DNA of 64,000 nt, taken from NCBI RefSeq assembly GCF_022045235.1, contig NW_027266275.1, positions 31,248,001 to 31,312,000 on the forward strand, read 5' to 3'. Of the stretch, positions 48,501 to 62,700 are shown piece by piece. The DNA comes from Haliotis cracherodii. Lineage: Eukaryota. The first letter of the stretch is position 1. Every line of letters starts with the position of its first letter. The notes under the pieces are model-generated. The model was not told the origin of the DNA. It did not search any database and saw nothing but the letters and a program-made list of their open reading frames with translations. Both the position numbers and the translations under genes were made by a program.

Positions 48501-51500
48501 AACACTGACCAATACAAACACACTTACACCTCCAAGGGAGTGTACAAGATAAAAATCAGGTGCTGGAATTCGCAGAATACCAAAGAGAACGCTTCCATTG
48601 TGACTGTGGAAGAGGTAATAGTTGGCATCAGTGTTAAATACGCTCCATGTATTACGCTGTCCAACTGCAGCTTTGAAGTGACAGTCACAGGAGGCTCCAA
48701 CTATGAAATTACATGGGACTTTGGTGACTTAACAAGCAACATAACTACGGAAGCTGAGTACTTAGAAAGCCATGTGGTGAACCATGTGTATAATATGGGC
48801 GGTAATCTGTCTGTCACTGCCAACTGTTCCAATCACGTCAGTTCCAAGTCTTTCACATTCTTCCTACCTGTGCAGGAGGTGTGCGCTGGGTTGTCTCTTA
48901 TTAGAACAGGTGCAGAAAAGGACGTACCTTTTACAATTGCATGGACACTAGATCATGGTTCCGACTGTAAGTTTGACCTCACATTCCGTGGGCAGCCGAT
49001 TGCAATTGAGAAAGCTAACGCGACCACTAAGAGATGGGAAAGTGGAAGGCAGAATGGTCTGCCTGCTAACATATATCCGCTGATCCTCAAAGTACACAAT
49101 GCAATTGGTCATGATGAGAAGCATGTCAATTTTACTGTTGAAACTGCTATGAAAGGAATGAAATCCAACTGTAGTGCTCCTTTGATTAGCACTGGCGAAG
49201 AAGCTTCATGTTTTGTGACTATCGAAGAGGGATCAAATGTGCGGTGCGTTTGGGACTTTGATGATGGAACAGTCGAACGTTTCAACCAAGGCCCACAGGA
49301 TTGGGCATTGCGAGCCAGCACCCCAGAGGTCCGTAAACACGTATTTACAAAGGGCAAGAATTACAATGTCACGATTACCTGTTCCAACAATGACAGAAGC
49401 GAACCTCACTACCACTCAATTCTCGTCATGCATGGTGTCAATGATGTCGAGTTCGAGCATGAGAACGCCGTACTCTTCGCTAGACCGGGAATAGGAATAT
49501 TTACCTTTAAAGCACCAGGTGCTGATCCTAATGATGCTAAGGTTCAATTTTCCTTTGGTGACAATCAATTTGACACAAAAGAACTAAAAATGAACTTTAA
49601 CTACACCCACCGTTACCGTGATGCGGGATGCTACAGGCTTTATGTCAGAATCTGGAATAATGTCGGGACAAAGATATTTAACAACAGCCAAATCTGTGTC
49701 ATTGAGAAGATTGTCGGCCTGAAGGTTCTCACCGAACCTGTTGCTGCTATCATCAACCAACCTCTTGTTGCCAAGGTGATCATGAAGTTTGGACCTGCTG
49801 GAAGCCTTACAAACATAACCTGCAACTATGGAGACGGAGAAGGGAGCAAATCATTCCTAAGACAAGGTACAAATTTGTAACATTGATGTTTATATTACTC
49901 TGGTCACCTTGATTTATGTAATATCAATAAGGAGTTGCTTATCTATCATTCGTTTTTTATTAATTATATTTATAACATTTAAAAATATTGCAGTAAATAT
50001 TATCATGGTTGTTATTAGAAGTAGTTCTTGTTTCAACGTGGCACTAGTATTGTTACTGGCCTAGAGTATGTGTAAGTGAGTTTGGTTTAACCTGGCTTTG
50101 AAGAGTATTTCAGTTACATCAGGGCGTGTACCATGTCAACTAGATGTGGAAGGAAAGCCCGTTGACTCCATTTAACGGGTACCACTGTGGTGAACCCAGC
50201 TCACAAATTTAAACACATAATCAGGGTAAACTGGGATCACGATCATTGGTTTCTGGCTGGACGCAAACCTGCACTGACAACATCTTCCCGAGGCAAGAGC
50301 GTCCTCTAGCCTTTTTATCAAAGAATTGTTTCCACCCTTGCCACATCAAGCCCACTTTCCTGTGTTAAATATGAATGGACTATGGCACATATCGCTAGCC
50401 CAATCAGATAACGTTTTACAAAATCAACATCCACGACTGGTACACATTCGTATAAAAGTGATAAACCGCTGTCATTCTTTGTTGATACGAATATGTGTTT
50501 TCCATCTTTTAAAGCCCCCAACGATTGCCTATGTTTTTGTGTAAGGGATGAAATCGCCGATGTTTTCGTTATCTGATTGATTAGGGCGTCGCCTATGGTA
50601 GTCGCCATCTTTGTGAATCTATACGAGATAAGAACAGCGATCTGATTAGATATCACGTTTTCATTACAAGGGGCACAACTCGAGATCTACGCGAGGTGGC
50701 GCCAGGGTCGCATGGCCACCCATGACCCGGCCTTTTTAGAGAGAATGGTATCTGCCTCTATGTATGATCATTGTTGCCATATTCATATGTGCCTTTAACT
50801 GACAGATAGCCATCTTAAACACAACTGTTTCTGTAATATGTTCAGTCTCAGTGAACATCCTCATTATTTGTTCAAGGCAAACAGATAGATGGCGAGGATG
50901 TCAGGTCCATTACCTACAAGGAACTGGGGGAGAAGACCATCACTTGTGACATTATAACGCCCCTCGAAACTATGACTGCTTCCTATAAAGTCAAGGTGGA
51001 CCAGGAAGTGTCTACGAATAACTGTCACATCACCACCAATTACCCTGTTGAACACGGAAGTAAGTCGGTGCTCAGATAACTGACATATCACCACCAATTA
51101 CCCTGTTGAACGCGGAAGTAAGTCAGTATTAGGTAGCTGTCTCATCACTGCCGATTACCCTGTTGAACACGGAAGTAAGTCGGTGCTCAGATAACTGACA
51201 TATCACCACCAATTACCCTGTTGAACGCGGAAGTAAGTCAGTATTTAGGTAACTGTCTCATCACTGCCGATTACCCTGTTGAACACGGAAGTAAGTCGCT
51301 ATCGGTACTCGGATAACAGACACATCAACACCAACTACCCTAACTTCCACATTATAACAATTTATCCTGTAAACATGAAGAAAGTTTATTTGATTTAAAC
51401 AAGCTGCTTGTTATAGTAAGTGATCTCATTATTCTCTGTTATTTTTATTTTTATTATTATTATTAAGCATTATCGTGTAGGGGAGTTTCCATTTCTATTT

Positions 51501-54500
51501 TGCACTATAACACGTTCTCACCTAATTGGTTTTCACGATGTTTGCTTTAGAAAAAAATATCTCTATGCTATTATTCAGAGAAGATCGTCTACTCTGTGGT
51601 GTGTGACAAGGACCCTATGCCTACCAACTCGTACATCACGATTGATCACGGTGATGGCACCACTGAAAAGATCTCGTTCACTGGAACAGCGGGTGTTCCA
51701 CAGACTATATCCTACCTGCCCCCGAAAGACGGACATTTTATAGCCAAAATATCATTGGGCAATGGGGGGTCTTCGATGAATGTTTCTCTTCCGGTAAGCA
51801 GTAATTTTTAATAACATGGTAAACTCTCGCAGGGGGTGGAGGAAGGAGAGTTTACTTGATAATTCTAATAAGGTTCTGCTTGGTATGTTTTCACACAACA
51901 ATTATATGGTATAATTACCAAACTATTTGGAAATCGGATGATGGTACATAGAACATATATAATGCATAGGTAATATTTTTGTTTAGGGCGTATCCTTATT
52001 TGACATATACTGATATGAATATGAACTACAGTAGTAACATGAATGTAGTAACATTGCCAATAACAAAAAACACAGTCAATGTGCAAGTCGATGTGCAAAC
52101 TTTTGTAAGAATCCGCGACGCGGATTCATACAGTTTGCACATCGGTTTTTCGATTCAAACCTCAATAAACCGAAAAAAATACACAGTCAATCCTTAATTA
52201 AATATGTACACGCATGATTGCAAGAACCTGAATTTTGCCCAAAATGTTGCATTTAGCCTTGTTGCATTCTTTTATAAGGCATTTTGCAATGGTAAGTCCT
52301 TGAGGACTTGGAATAACCAAATTCTAAGAAGCTTGGTCTGAAAATCTGTCATTCTCGATGTGCCTATAAGCGTGACGCACCCTACCTCTTTCGCGACTTT
52401 AAATTTGACATCATTCTGGACATATATCTGGACTCCAAGTGTGCCATCAGTGTCCCCGTCGACAGTATTTGTTTATGTATGAACATACACGACTGCACGA
52501 CCAGATCACTCCGATACAAATCCTTCGAAAACTCCGTAGAAGTGTGCCTGACTTCTGTTTTCGTGGCCCACAAAATCACAAATGTGAACAATAACAGTCT
52601 CTATAGATCTCTAGCGTAAAATTCTAGGAGGAGACCACGGTTGTCTTTTCTTATTCCGATGGTGATCTTGTCCTTCGTTCGAAGCTGTCACTAACATGAA
52701 AGCAGAATTGATTTTGTTGATTTTCACGCCTTCAGTAAAGGGTCGTACAGTTAACATAAACGTCTTTGGAGAGCACTCCACTGTTCTTTAACTAGTTTTG
52801 GGTAGTATACATTGATGCCAACCCCCATGCGTGTTACACAGGCTGGTAGCTACAAGCGCCTGGTGGGCAACCCTGGATTCAAGTGTCAGTACAAACAAGC
52901 CGTTCCAGTCAATAGTGGCTACAAAGACGGTATCGAAGGCATTAACAAGAACTTCCCCACATCCTCACCTCTCACATGCCGTGTACAGGTAGATGAAGGT
53001 AGGACACAAGAATCCACTTCTTCAATAGATAGCGTATAACCGAGGCCACTGGAATGGCATTTACCAATTATTGTATTTCTTTCACTCGCAAGTTTTAAAC
53101 TTCATTACGCCGCCTCTGGTGACGAGCACAATGTGTGAAGTCAATTTCTGGTGTCACCAAAATTGTTATATCCGGTTTAAAAACGTTCTAATTTACTATT
53201 ATTACAAACATATTTTACGTTGTTGAAGGCCTATTCTAAACCAATTACCATGCCTCCATGTCAGAATGAAGGGATCTGATTGGTCCACGTGATCTTGATA
53301 AAATACTGTGCAGCCCGCTTAGGAGGGTGATAAATCTCTTATACACCACCACGAGCAATACAGGCTGCACGTGGATTCTGAGAGACAGAATAAATCCCTT
53401 GAACCCCGCTTCAAAGCAAAAAGGCGCAAGCTTTTTCCGAGTCAATGGAAGTCCCATGACATAGATTTCGTGTTAATTCTTTTTAAATTCTTTGGTAAGT
53501 CGCACTAAAACATGTCGGTAAGATACATTTGGTGTAGCATGATCACCCGCGGGACGCATAAGACCCGAAGTGCCCCTCGTGATCCTGCTTCAACTTATAA
53601 TGAAGTGGTATCCCATTCTATTGACGCTTAAGAAGCTCTTCCATGCTTATCTTGTCAGGAACACCTGTTTACTACGAGATGACGGCCACACACGAGTCAG
53701 GAACACCCGTGGTGGTGTGTAACCAGACATCATCTCCTATCATCTGTTCGATCAAAAAGGTAACAGTATGCATTATGTATCCATGCCTGTGCAATCGATG
53801 CTGACAAAATAATAAAGGCGTATGCTGTATCAGGGTTTTGGTTTTAAAGCAAAAATAGCTTAAAATATTAAGATAAGATGATTGTGTGCACACTTGCCCG
53901 TGAACGTACTACAGTTTCGCGGAATGTTAAAGTGTTCTGTACTGTTTCAGTCCGGGCTTTATACTGCAAATCTTAAAGTAGGAAACCCTCTTGGAGTCGT
54001 CTCTGCAGATCCAAAGGATCTGCAAATGAAGGAGCCTGTGCAAGGCATCCATGTGGTCGATCTCACACCCAAGGCCAAGCCTGACGAAGAAAAAACTTTC
54101 AGGATATCTTTTGATTCCATGGGTGATGAGACCTGTATAAACATCGATTTTGGGGATGACGAAGGAGAAACGTACAACTATGGTACGGAAGACTGGTGCG
54201 AGAGAGAGTCATCATTCGATGATGGAGAGTTCATGGATGAGATGACAAATCCAATGGAGGTAACCAGAACATACTACGAGAACCAGAACTATGAACTGAA
54301 AGCTACAGCAGTTAACCTGTTTTCGGATGCAAGGGTTACATTCTCGTTCTCAGTCAGTGACCAAGACTGTAACAAACCTGAAGTTGACATTGAGGATGCT
54401 GTCACCGTATTTACTAGTCCTATGGTGTTCGAGAAGAGCAAAGGTATAGTAATAAGAGGTAAAGCCAATATCACATGCGCAGCGAGTTTGCAAAACACAA

Positions 54501-57500
54501 AATCCTGGAAAATCGAGGTAATTGATCCAGACTGGGGATCAGTAAAGAAGACATTGGATTTGCAATCTGACAAGGCTGAGTTTGTAGTTAAAGCAAAATC
54601 TCTTCCCTATGGCCTCTACAAGGCAACATACAGCATCCAGATGGACCTGTCAGATGGGACTAATTTTGTTGAATCTGCATATTCATATTTCAAGGTCACA
54701 AAGTCGAAATTAGTTGTAGTCATGGAAGCAGGTGGAATAAGTGAAGTTGATCGAGGTGAAAACCGGATGGTGACCTTAAGCCCAGAAAAGTATTCATATG
54801 ATCCAGATATCGACAGGTCTGTTGACCAGGTAAGATTTTATCAACCTTTTCTCATATTCTAAAAAACGAACTAAAATCATCTCATATCCTCCCTTTACTG
54901 TATCTCTGTCTTATAATCATGCGATTCCCGGAAATCAGTGTTAAGTTATATATTGAAAGGCAATTCCCTTTAAATTTCTATTTTCAACACCTTTTGTCAA
55001 TGATGTATTACTGAACATTAGTTGCCTTCGATTCATAACCTGCAAATAGTTTATGGAAAATCTTTCTATACCCTAGGGCTTCGAGAGTTACACATGGAAT
55101 TGTAAGTTGATGAAGAAAGCGTCCTCCAAGTCGGCGTGCGAGTCCTTGTCCAAAATGACCACTGGCTCCATCTCTTTCAATAGCAGCATCTTCGAGTCAG
55201 GGGAACAGATCCAGCTTACATGCAACGTCACGAAAGACTCTCGCTCTGCCGTCGGAAAGATCATGATCAACTTCGTTACGGGCCAACCACCTAACCTTTA
55301 TATCGAGTAAGTCAAGTGAGATATATGCAGAGTAGCAACTTCTGTGGAAAATCGACCACTTTCAAATTGAATGAGCCTAGCGGTGAAGCTAAAGGAACCT
55401 CTATTTAAAACTCTGTACCATTTCTACCTACATTACCAAAGCATTATACTTACCAAAAGCATCCGCAACGTGGTCGAAGGATTTATTTTTCTTGGGTGAA
55501 CACTTTATGGAGACTGAATTGTTTATCTAAATAGGGATCATGCTTCACAATCTGTTCTCTTTAGACGTACTTTTAGTTGTGAGTGAGTGAGTGAGTTAAA
55601 GTGAGTGACCCATTGTGTTGCCTTTTATGATTGTAAACCTAATCTGTGTGATTCATTATAATTTGTAAGGTGATTTACGGACCCAATTTAGTTTTGAACG
55701 TACTGATTTCTTGTTAACCTTGGCGTTTCACCTTCTGAATTAACCCATAACTCTCTAAATGCCAATTAATACCTTCAGCAGCCACCACAGATGTGACGTT
55801 TTGAGTGATATTGACTATTATATATTCCATTTATTTGATACGTATTTTTATGTTAACTTTAATTGAATAAAACTTATATAATTATTTATGTACGGCCGCG
55901 AAGCCGTGGATTGAATATTGAGTGAGTGAGTTTGGTTTTAGGCCGTTTCGGGCAAAATTCCTGCATCATGGGGGACACCAAAAATGGGCTTCACACTGGT
56001 GCAAGATTGATATACATCACAAAATCTATTAGGACAAATGACCAAAATGGTGCTTCAACGACTTGACTAAAAAGCCAGTTTATCAGCGACATTTTTCCTT
56101 AAATATAAACTTTCACCATTTAAAGAACAATCTAGAAAAAGTCAACGCTAAATCAATCTCGAATAACCTTTTTTAGATCTTTGCTTTTTCCCCTTCACAA
56201 AAAAACACCTTCGCCAAGTGACAGTATTACATTATGTACCATAATATTAGGGCGTAATCCTTATGCTGTAAATTGATAGAAATCAGCGGAATAAGGCAGA
56301 CTGTGTATAGTGTGACCAGTGTAGCCAGTTGTTGCTTTTAGGCCTGTCGGCAGCAGTAGAACGGTTCAGTTGACCGACTCTAAGATGGTGTCCTCTGAGG
56401 AGAGGTTGGCCCTGAGGGTTCGCTGCAAGGACTGTGAAAAGGTCAAGCTGTCCTGCGAGTGGACGGCCTATTCGTATGTTGTTGGCTGGCCTTGGAGAGA
56501 CTACTCCGACAACGAAGTGGCTGGTAGAATTACTGGTGGGTATGATGACGTATAGGACATATTTCTGTTAAATGTTGTGTAGATAAATAGAGTTGACAGA
56601 GATCACTGCTGAATCGCAAACTGGGGAATACGCGGGCTTGTCAAAAGGTTATGAGCCTAACAATGAAAACCAACAATTGTGGAAGTGTTTTAAATTATAT
56701 TTTTCAACATAATCTCCCTGCTTTTCATTACACTTCTCATATAGATAGTGAAGCTTTTCTCCACGAAGGTGTTCATTCACTTAAGGAAACAAGAGGAAAT
56801 CATTTGATGCAGGTCTGGCAAATATGGAGGGTGGGGAAGCTCTGCTAACCCACAATGTCGCATAGCAAGTCGAGAGAAGTGAGAAGAGGCATTGTCATGA
56901 AAGAGTAGAACTCCAGCAGTCAGCATTCCTCGCCGTTTTTCTGTGATAGAATGTCTCATGCGATGGAACAAATCAGCAACGTTGACACCAGTCACTGTCT
57001 TTTGACTTTCCAAGAACAAGAACAAGAATCCCACTCTTTGTATCCCAGAATACAGTGGCCATAATTTTATTCCCTGATCTTGAAGACTTTTCTTTGATAT
57101 CGGAGAAGTGTAATGGTACCAATCCAAGGATTGACGTTATGACTCGGGATCATAGTGGTAGACCCATGTTTCATCAACCGTTACTGATCTCTTTTTGAAT
57201 TTGAAGAAATCCTCCTCAATTAGCTGTAAATTTTCTCTGGCGATGTCAGTTCTTTTTCCTTAAGATCAGAGTTTGGAAACTTTGGCACCCAATGAGCAGA
57301 TATCTTATTCATCTGTAAATGTTCATGAATAATAGTTTCAATGGATTCACTGCTCAGACCTGTGTCTTCCACAAGTTCAGCAATGGTAATACGTCTATCT
57401 TCTTCTTTGAATCTTCATTGGTGGAAGATGAGTGACGTCCAGACCTAGTGTCGTCATCATAAAGGCTTATTCTCCAAGCCTTAAACATAACTGCCCAACG

Positions 57501-59753
57501 TTTAAAAGTGGAATAGCTGAGACATCTATCCCTATACACTTGTGACATGCGGTCATGAATTTCTTGGTCAAAAACCTGTTGACTGCTCTGTATTCGTCCT
57601 TTTCCATATTTGTATCCATTCCGGCCCCAATCACGTTCAACTGGCTGTCACTAATATACAAACGGCCTCAATAGACCAAATACACTTGCAATGAACTTCT
57701 CAAACAATGTACCACATTGACATGGTCACTTTGTTATGACCAATAGTTGAAAGTTAGTCAGGCTTAGAACTTTTTGACCATCCATCGTATTCTGAATTAT
57801 TCTGTATTGAGTTACTGTAGTAAACGTAACAGAATGGGAATTAGTCCAGTATATTCTGCTTTAAGGAGTAAAAGTAACTGCATTCTGGTTATCTTGTCCA
57901 AAGAGTTAAATGCCTCCTTTAGGCCGTATTACTAAGCTGTGTGGTACATAAAGGTTCCAAATTCATTCTGAATATAACGCTTGATGGGGATATTTCACTC
58001 CAAATCTATCTTCAATCATCATCTATTCTTAATTGATAACACATCATATTGTTCACATGTATGATATTTTTAATTCTAATTGAAAGAGAAGGAAGGCAAT
58101 ATGACGCTCGCCGGTCATACCACGGGGTCATGTTTCGGTCTCGCGAGGCAACGAAAACGCAAAATCAAATGTCAATGGCTTTTCAGCCAATTTCCGTTTT
58201 TAAAATGCCCCTGTGTCAAACGTGGAGTTCCATAAGAAATGACCGAGCGACACCAAGATATAGAAAATCATAATTTTAAATCCCAAATGCCTCTCAATAG
58301 GAAAGAAAGGTATCGCTGATCGGTTGTATATCCATTTAATGCTGGACATAAACAAATTCTTGGTTATTCTTGCTGTACAAAAGGTATGAAAACAGAGACG
58401 ATTTCAATCAAACCATCCATGTACAAACTCCACCCTGATGTGAAGAAGTACCGCTTCTCCTGCAAGTGCCGACAGGGTGATGGAGACTATGGCAAGGCTT
58501 CCCTCAACATTGAGCTGAACCCTCCTCCCCAGCCCGGTAGCTGCGTCATATCTCCAAGGAACGGCACCATTGGCTTCGACAACAAAAGCCCCTTCAACGT
58601 TAAATGTAGCGGATGGAAGGATGAGACAGAGATTGTAGAATATAAGTTTTTCTGTGAGTAAATTGCACTTATTGTGTATTGCTGAATTTTGTGCAAATGA
58701 TAACCATTATTACACATACATTTAGATGTGATGTCCAGTTAATATGGCGAATTTGCTTGACACTCAATCACACCGAACCTGTCCCTTTTACTGATATGCG
58801 TATTGGCAGGCATCATGCCCAATCCTGTTTTGACGTCCAATCAATCCTATGAATGGGTGGCTTTATTTCAATGCTATGTATAAAACGAAATCATTTTGAT
58901 GACCAAAATGCAGCGTACCGAATGTGCCTGTTCCTGACAACTGGGGTACACGTTACTAGCAACATCAATAATTCAAAGATGCCTTCTATGATCACGAGGC
59001 CAGGAACAAACATTTTCGAAAACCACCACTGTTGCTTGGAATATATGATGTCTCGAACGTGGTTCAACAAAACAAGACACTTACAAAACCCAAGAGAAGA
59101 TAATTGTTTCATGTGCAACAAAAAAAATTCGAAGTTATATATCGTATGCACTTGATGTGGTGTCCAGGCGCAATTTGTTCAGTTTATATTGTTCCTAGAC
59201 TGTGTTCTCGTGTATATTCGTTGGGTCTATGCACAGACAAACTTCCCTTCTGTGCAGTATATAGTATGCCAGCTGTAAGGTTACCTTGCTCTATATGTAG
59301 GCACCCACAAGAACAGCAAACTGCACCAACAAATTACCACCTTCGAAGAGGCCGAAGACGTCACGATTGACCCCCCACTCGGCGCTGATGACGATCAGTA
59401 CCGCGAACACGTCTACGTGTCTGTCAAGGACTCCATGGATGCAGCCTACGTCTACGACCTCGGAATCATACAGGTAAACAGTTATTAGCTGGCTTGATTC
59501 TGGTTTCCTGAAAGCATTCTCTAAATGTATGTTTTTAGATTGTGGTATTGCACACGGAACTCACTAGACTGCGTTCTAGATTCTGGTAACATTCAAGTAA
59601 TCTTACCACACAATGTGCTGGTGTTACAAGCTGCCCTCTTGGCCTTGTGGGTAGTGTTGTTAAATTCATGTAAGACTCTCTTCAACTAACTGACTATGTG
59701 TCTAGTTACGGTTATGCACAGAACATGTAACCATTAACACTAAGTACTACAGT

Positions 59754-59784
<31 letters not shown>

Positions 59785-62700
59785 GGTTAAAGCGTTCGCT
59801 CATCACGCCGAAGACCCGGGTTCGATTCCCGACATGGTTACAATGTGTGAAGCCCATTTCTGGTGCCCCCCGCCGTGATATTGCTGAAATATTGCTTAAA
59901 GCGGCGTAAAACCATACTCACTCACTACAGTGTGGACCCGTGAAGATTCCGGGGTAGAATAGATCTTCAGCAACCCATGCTTGCCGTAAAAGGTGACTAT
60001 GCTTGTCGTAAAAGGCGGCTAAGGGGATCGGGTGGTCAGGCTTGCTGACTTGGTTGATATATGTCATCGATCCCAATTGCATGGATCGACGCTCATGATA
60101 TTACTCACTGGGGTGTCTGGTCCAGACTCGATTATTTACCAACCAACTACAGTGTGAAATTTAAGGTCAGGGTTGAATAGTGTATGCTTGACTCCTGGCA
60201 TGATGGAGAGTCAGGCTTGAATAGTGTATGTTTGACACTTCACGTGGTTAAGTGCCAGGGTTAAATTTTGCATGTCATGACGGAGAATCAGGCTTGGTTC
60301 GTCCATGTTAGACTCCCCACATGGTCGAGAGTCAGGGTTGAATCTTGTATGACTGACTGTTCACATTGCGGAGATTCGGGGTTGAATCCTGTATGGCTGG
60401 CACCTACTAACAAGACAGAGAGTAAATGTGGAACATAGTATAGTTGAATTCATCAGGGTTAGTAGTGTATGGCTTATATTTTGGGTCGAGCATTGCATGT
60501 TTGATATCTCGACATGACACCTAGTCAGTGCTAAACGTTCCATGGTTGTGTCCCCGTAACAGGTGTTCCCCAACACGGCTAACATGGGAGACTGGTCAGC
60601 TCAACAGAAGAACAACGCTTTGAACGAGATCGAAAAGGTTACTGCTTCTGGAGATCAGAAATCAGTCACGGAGAAACTCACCAAGCTGGCCTCCCTGCTC
60701 AACGCTGACAGTAAGGGATATAACTAACTAATACCAAACTATTAACCATATCTTCCAGCTTACACTTTTCGAGAAAGCTTGGTGTCGTCACTGATTTTCA
60801 GTGATCCATTCATATAGTCTGCACCGCTTGTTGTCTTTTATGGCCATTGGAATCAGTTTCGGTGGATAATCGAAACTTCATATATAGAAAGACGTAGGAG
60901 TAACCTTGCTACAAAGCGGCAAAGCAAAGACTGTTATTTCAGCTGAGGTAGACGTGTTATAAAAGCGACAACACCCTTCCAATAATCATAAGAGTCAATT
61001 GTACGATTCCGACTATATGTATCATAAACATTTGTTTATGAATCAGGGTTGAATCTTTTACGCTTGACTCCTTACCTGGCAGGGAGTCAGGGTTGAATCT
61101 TGTACGCTTGACTCCTTACCTGGTGTAGAGTCAGGGTTGAATTTTGTATGTTTGACTCCTTACATGGAGGAGAGTCAGGGTTGAATAGTGTATGTTTGAC
61201 TCCTTACATGGCGGAGAGTCAGGGTTGAATCTTGTATGTTTGACTACTTACATGGCGGAGAGTCAGGGTTGAATAGTGTATGTTTGACTCCTTACATAGC
61301 GGAGAGTCAGGGTTGAATAGTGTATGTTTGACTCCTTACATGGCGGAGAGTCAGGGTTGAATAGTGTATGTTTGACTCCTTACATGCTGTAGAGTCAGGG
61401 TTGAATAGTGTATGTTTGACTCCTTACATGCTGTAGAGTCAGGGTTGAATAGTGTATGTTTGACTCCTTACATGGCGGAGAGTCAGGGTTGAATAGTGTA
61501 TGTTTGACTCCTTACATGCTGTAGAGTCAGGGTTGAATAGTGTATGTTTGACTCCTTACATGGCGGAGAGTCAGGGTTGAATAGTGTATGTTTGACTCCT
61601 TACATGCTGTAGAGTCAGGGTTGAATAGTGTATGTTTGACTCCTTACATGCTGTAGAGTCAGGGTTGAATAGTGTATGTTTGACTCCTTACATGGCGGAG
61701 AGTCTGAGGTATGGTTTATGCTTTCAGAGGCACACAATAAACCAGGGGCTCCGGGTCTGGCATTGACAGAGTTCCAGCCCATGGGTGGGGTGAGTATCCT
61801 GGTACCCTGTATTATCGTTCAGATTACAGTATGCCTGTATAAAGATGCATATGGGGTTTTTTCTAATCAGCCATGGATTTGCTAGGCAAATGTGCATTTC
61901 TGTTGTTGTATACTGAATGAAATGTTATATTAAAAAACTATTGTTCTCTTTCCTTCAGGTGGGTGTTGATATCAGTGGTGTTGCTGGACCATCAAACATG
62001 GGCATGGTCAATTTTGGAAACGCTGGGGCGGGTGCTCCAGGGATGGGCAATTTTGGAGCCGGTGGGGCGGGTGCTCCAGGGATGGGCAATTTTGGAGCCG
62101 GTGGGGCAGGTGCTCCAGGGATGGGCAATTTTGGAGCTGGTGGAGCGGGTGCTCCAGGGATGGGCAATTTCCAGCCTGGTGGGGCCGGGGCACCCGCATT
62201 ACCAGGATTCCAAATGGCTGGCGCTGGGCCTCCAGGACTACCGGGATTTCAAATGGCTGGCGCTGGGGCACCAGGACTTCCAGGACTACCGGGATCTCCA
62301 ACTGGTGGCGCGGCCGGGTTACCTGGCATGGGCAGTTTTGGAGCTGGTGGTGCCGGGGCTCCTGGGATGGGCAAGTTTGGAGCAGGTGGGGCGGGTGCTC
62401 CAGGGATGGGCAATTTTGGAGCCGGTGGGGCGGGTGCTCCAGGGATGGGCAATTTTGGAGCTGGTGGAGCGGGTGCTCCAGGGATGGGCAATTTCCAGCC
62501 TGGTGGGGCCGGGGCACCCGCATTACCAGGATTTCAAATGGCTGGCGCTGGGCCTCCAGGACTACCGGGATTTCAAATGGCTGGCGCTGGGCCACCAGGA
62601 CTACCAGGACTACCGGGATCTCCAACTGGTGACGCGGCCGGGTTACCTGGAATGGGCAGTTTTGGAGCTGGTGGAGCCGGGGCTCCTGGAATGGGCCAGT

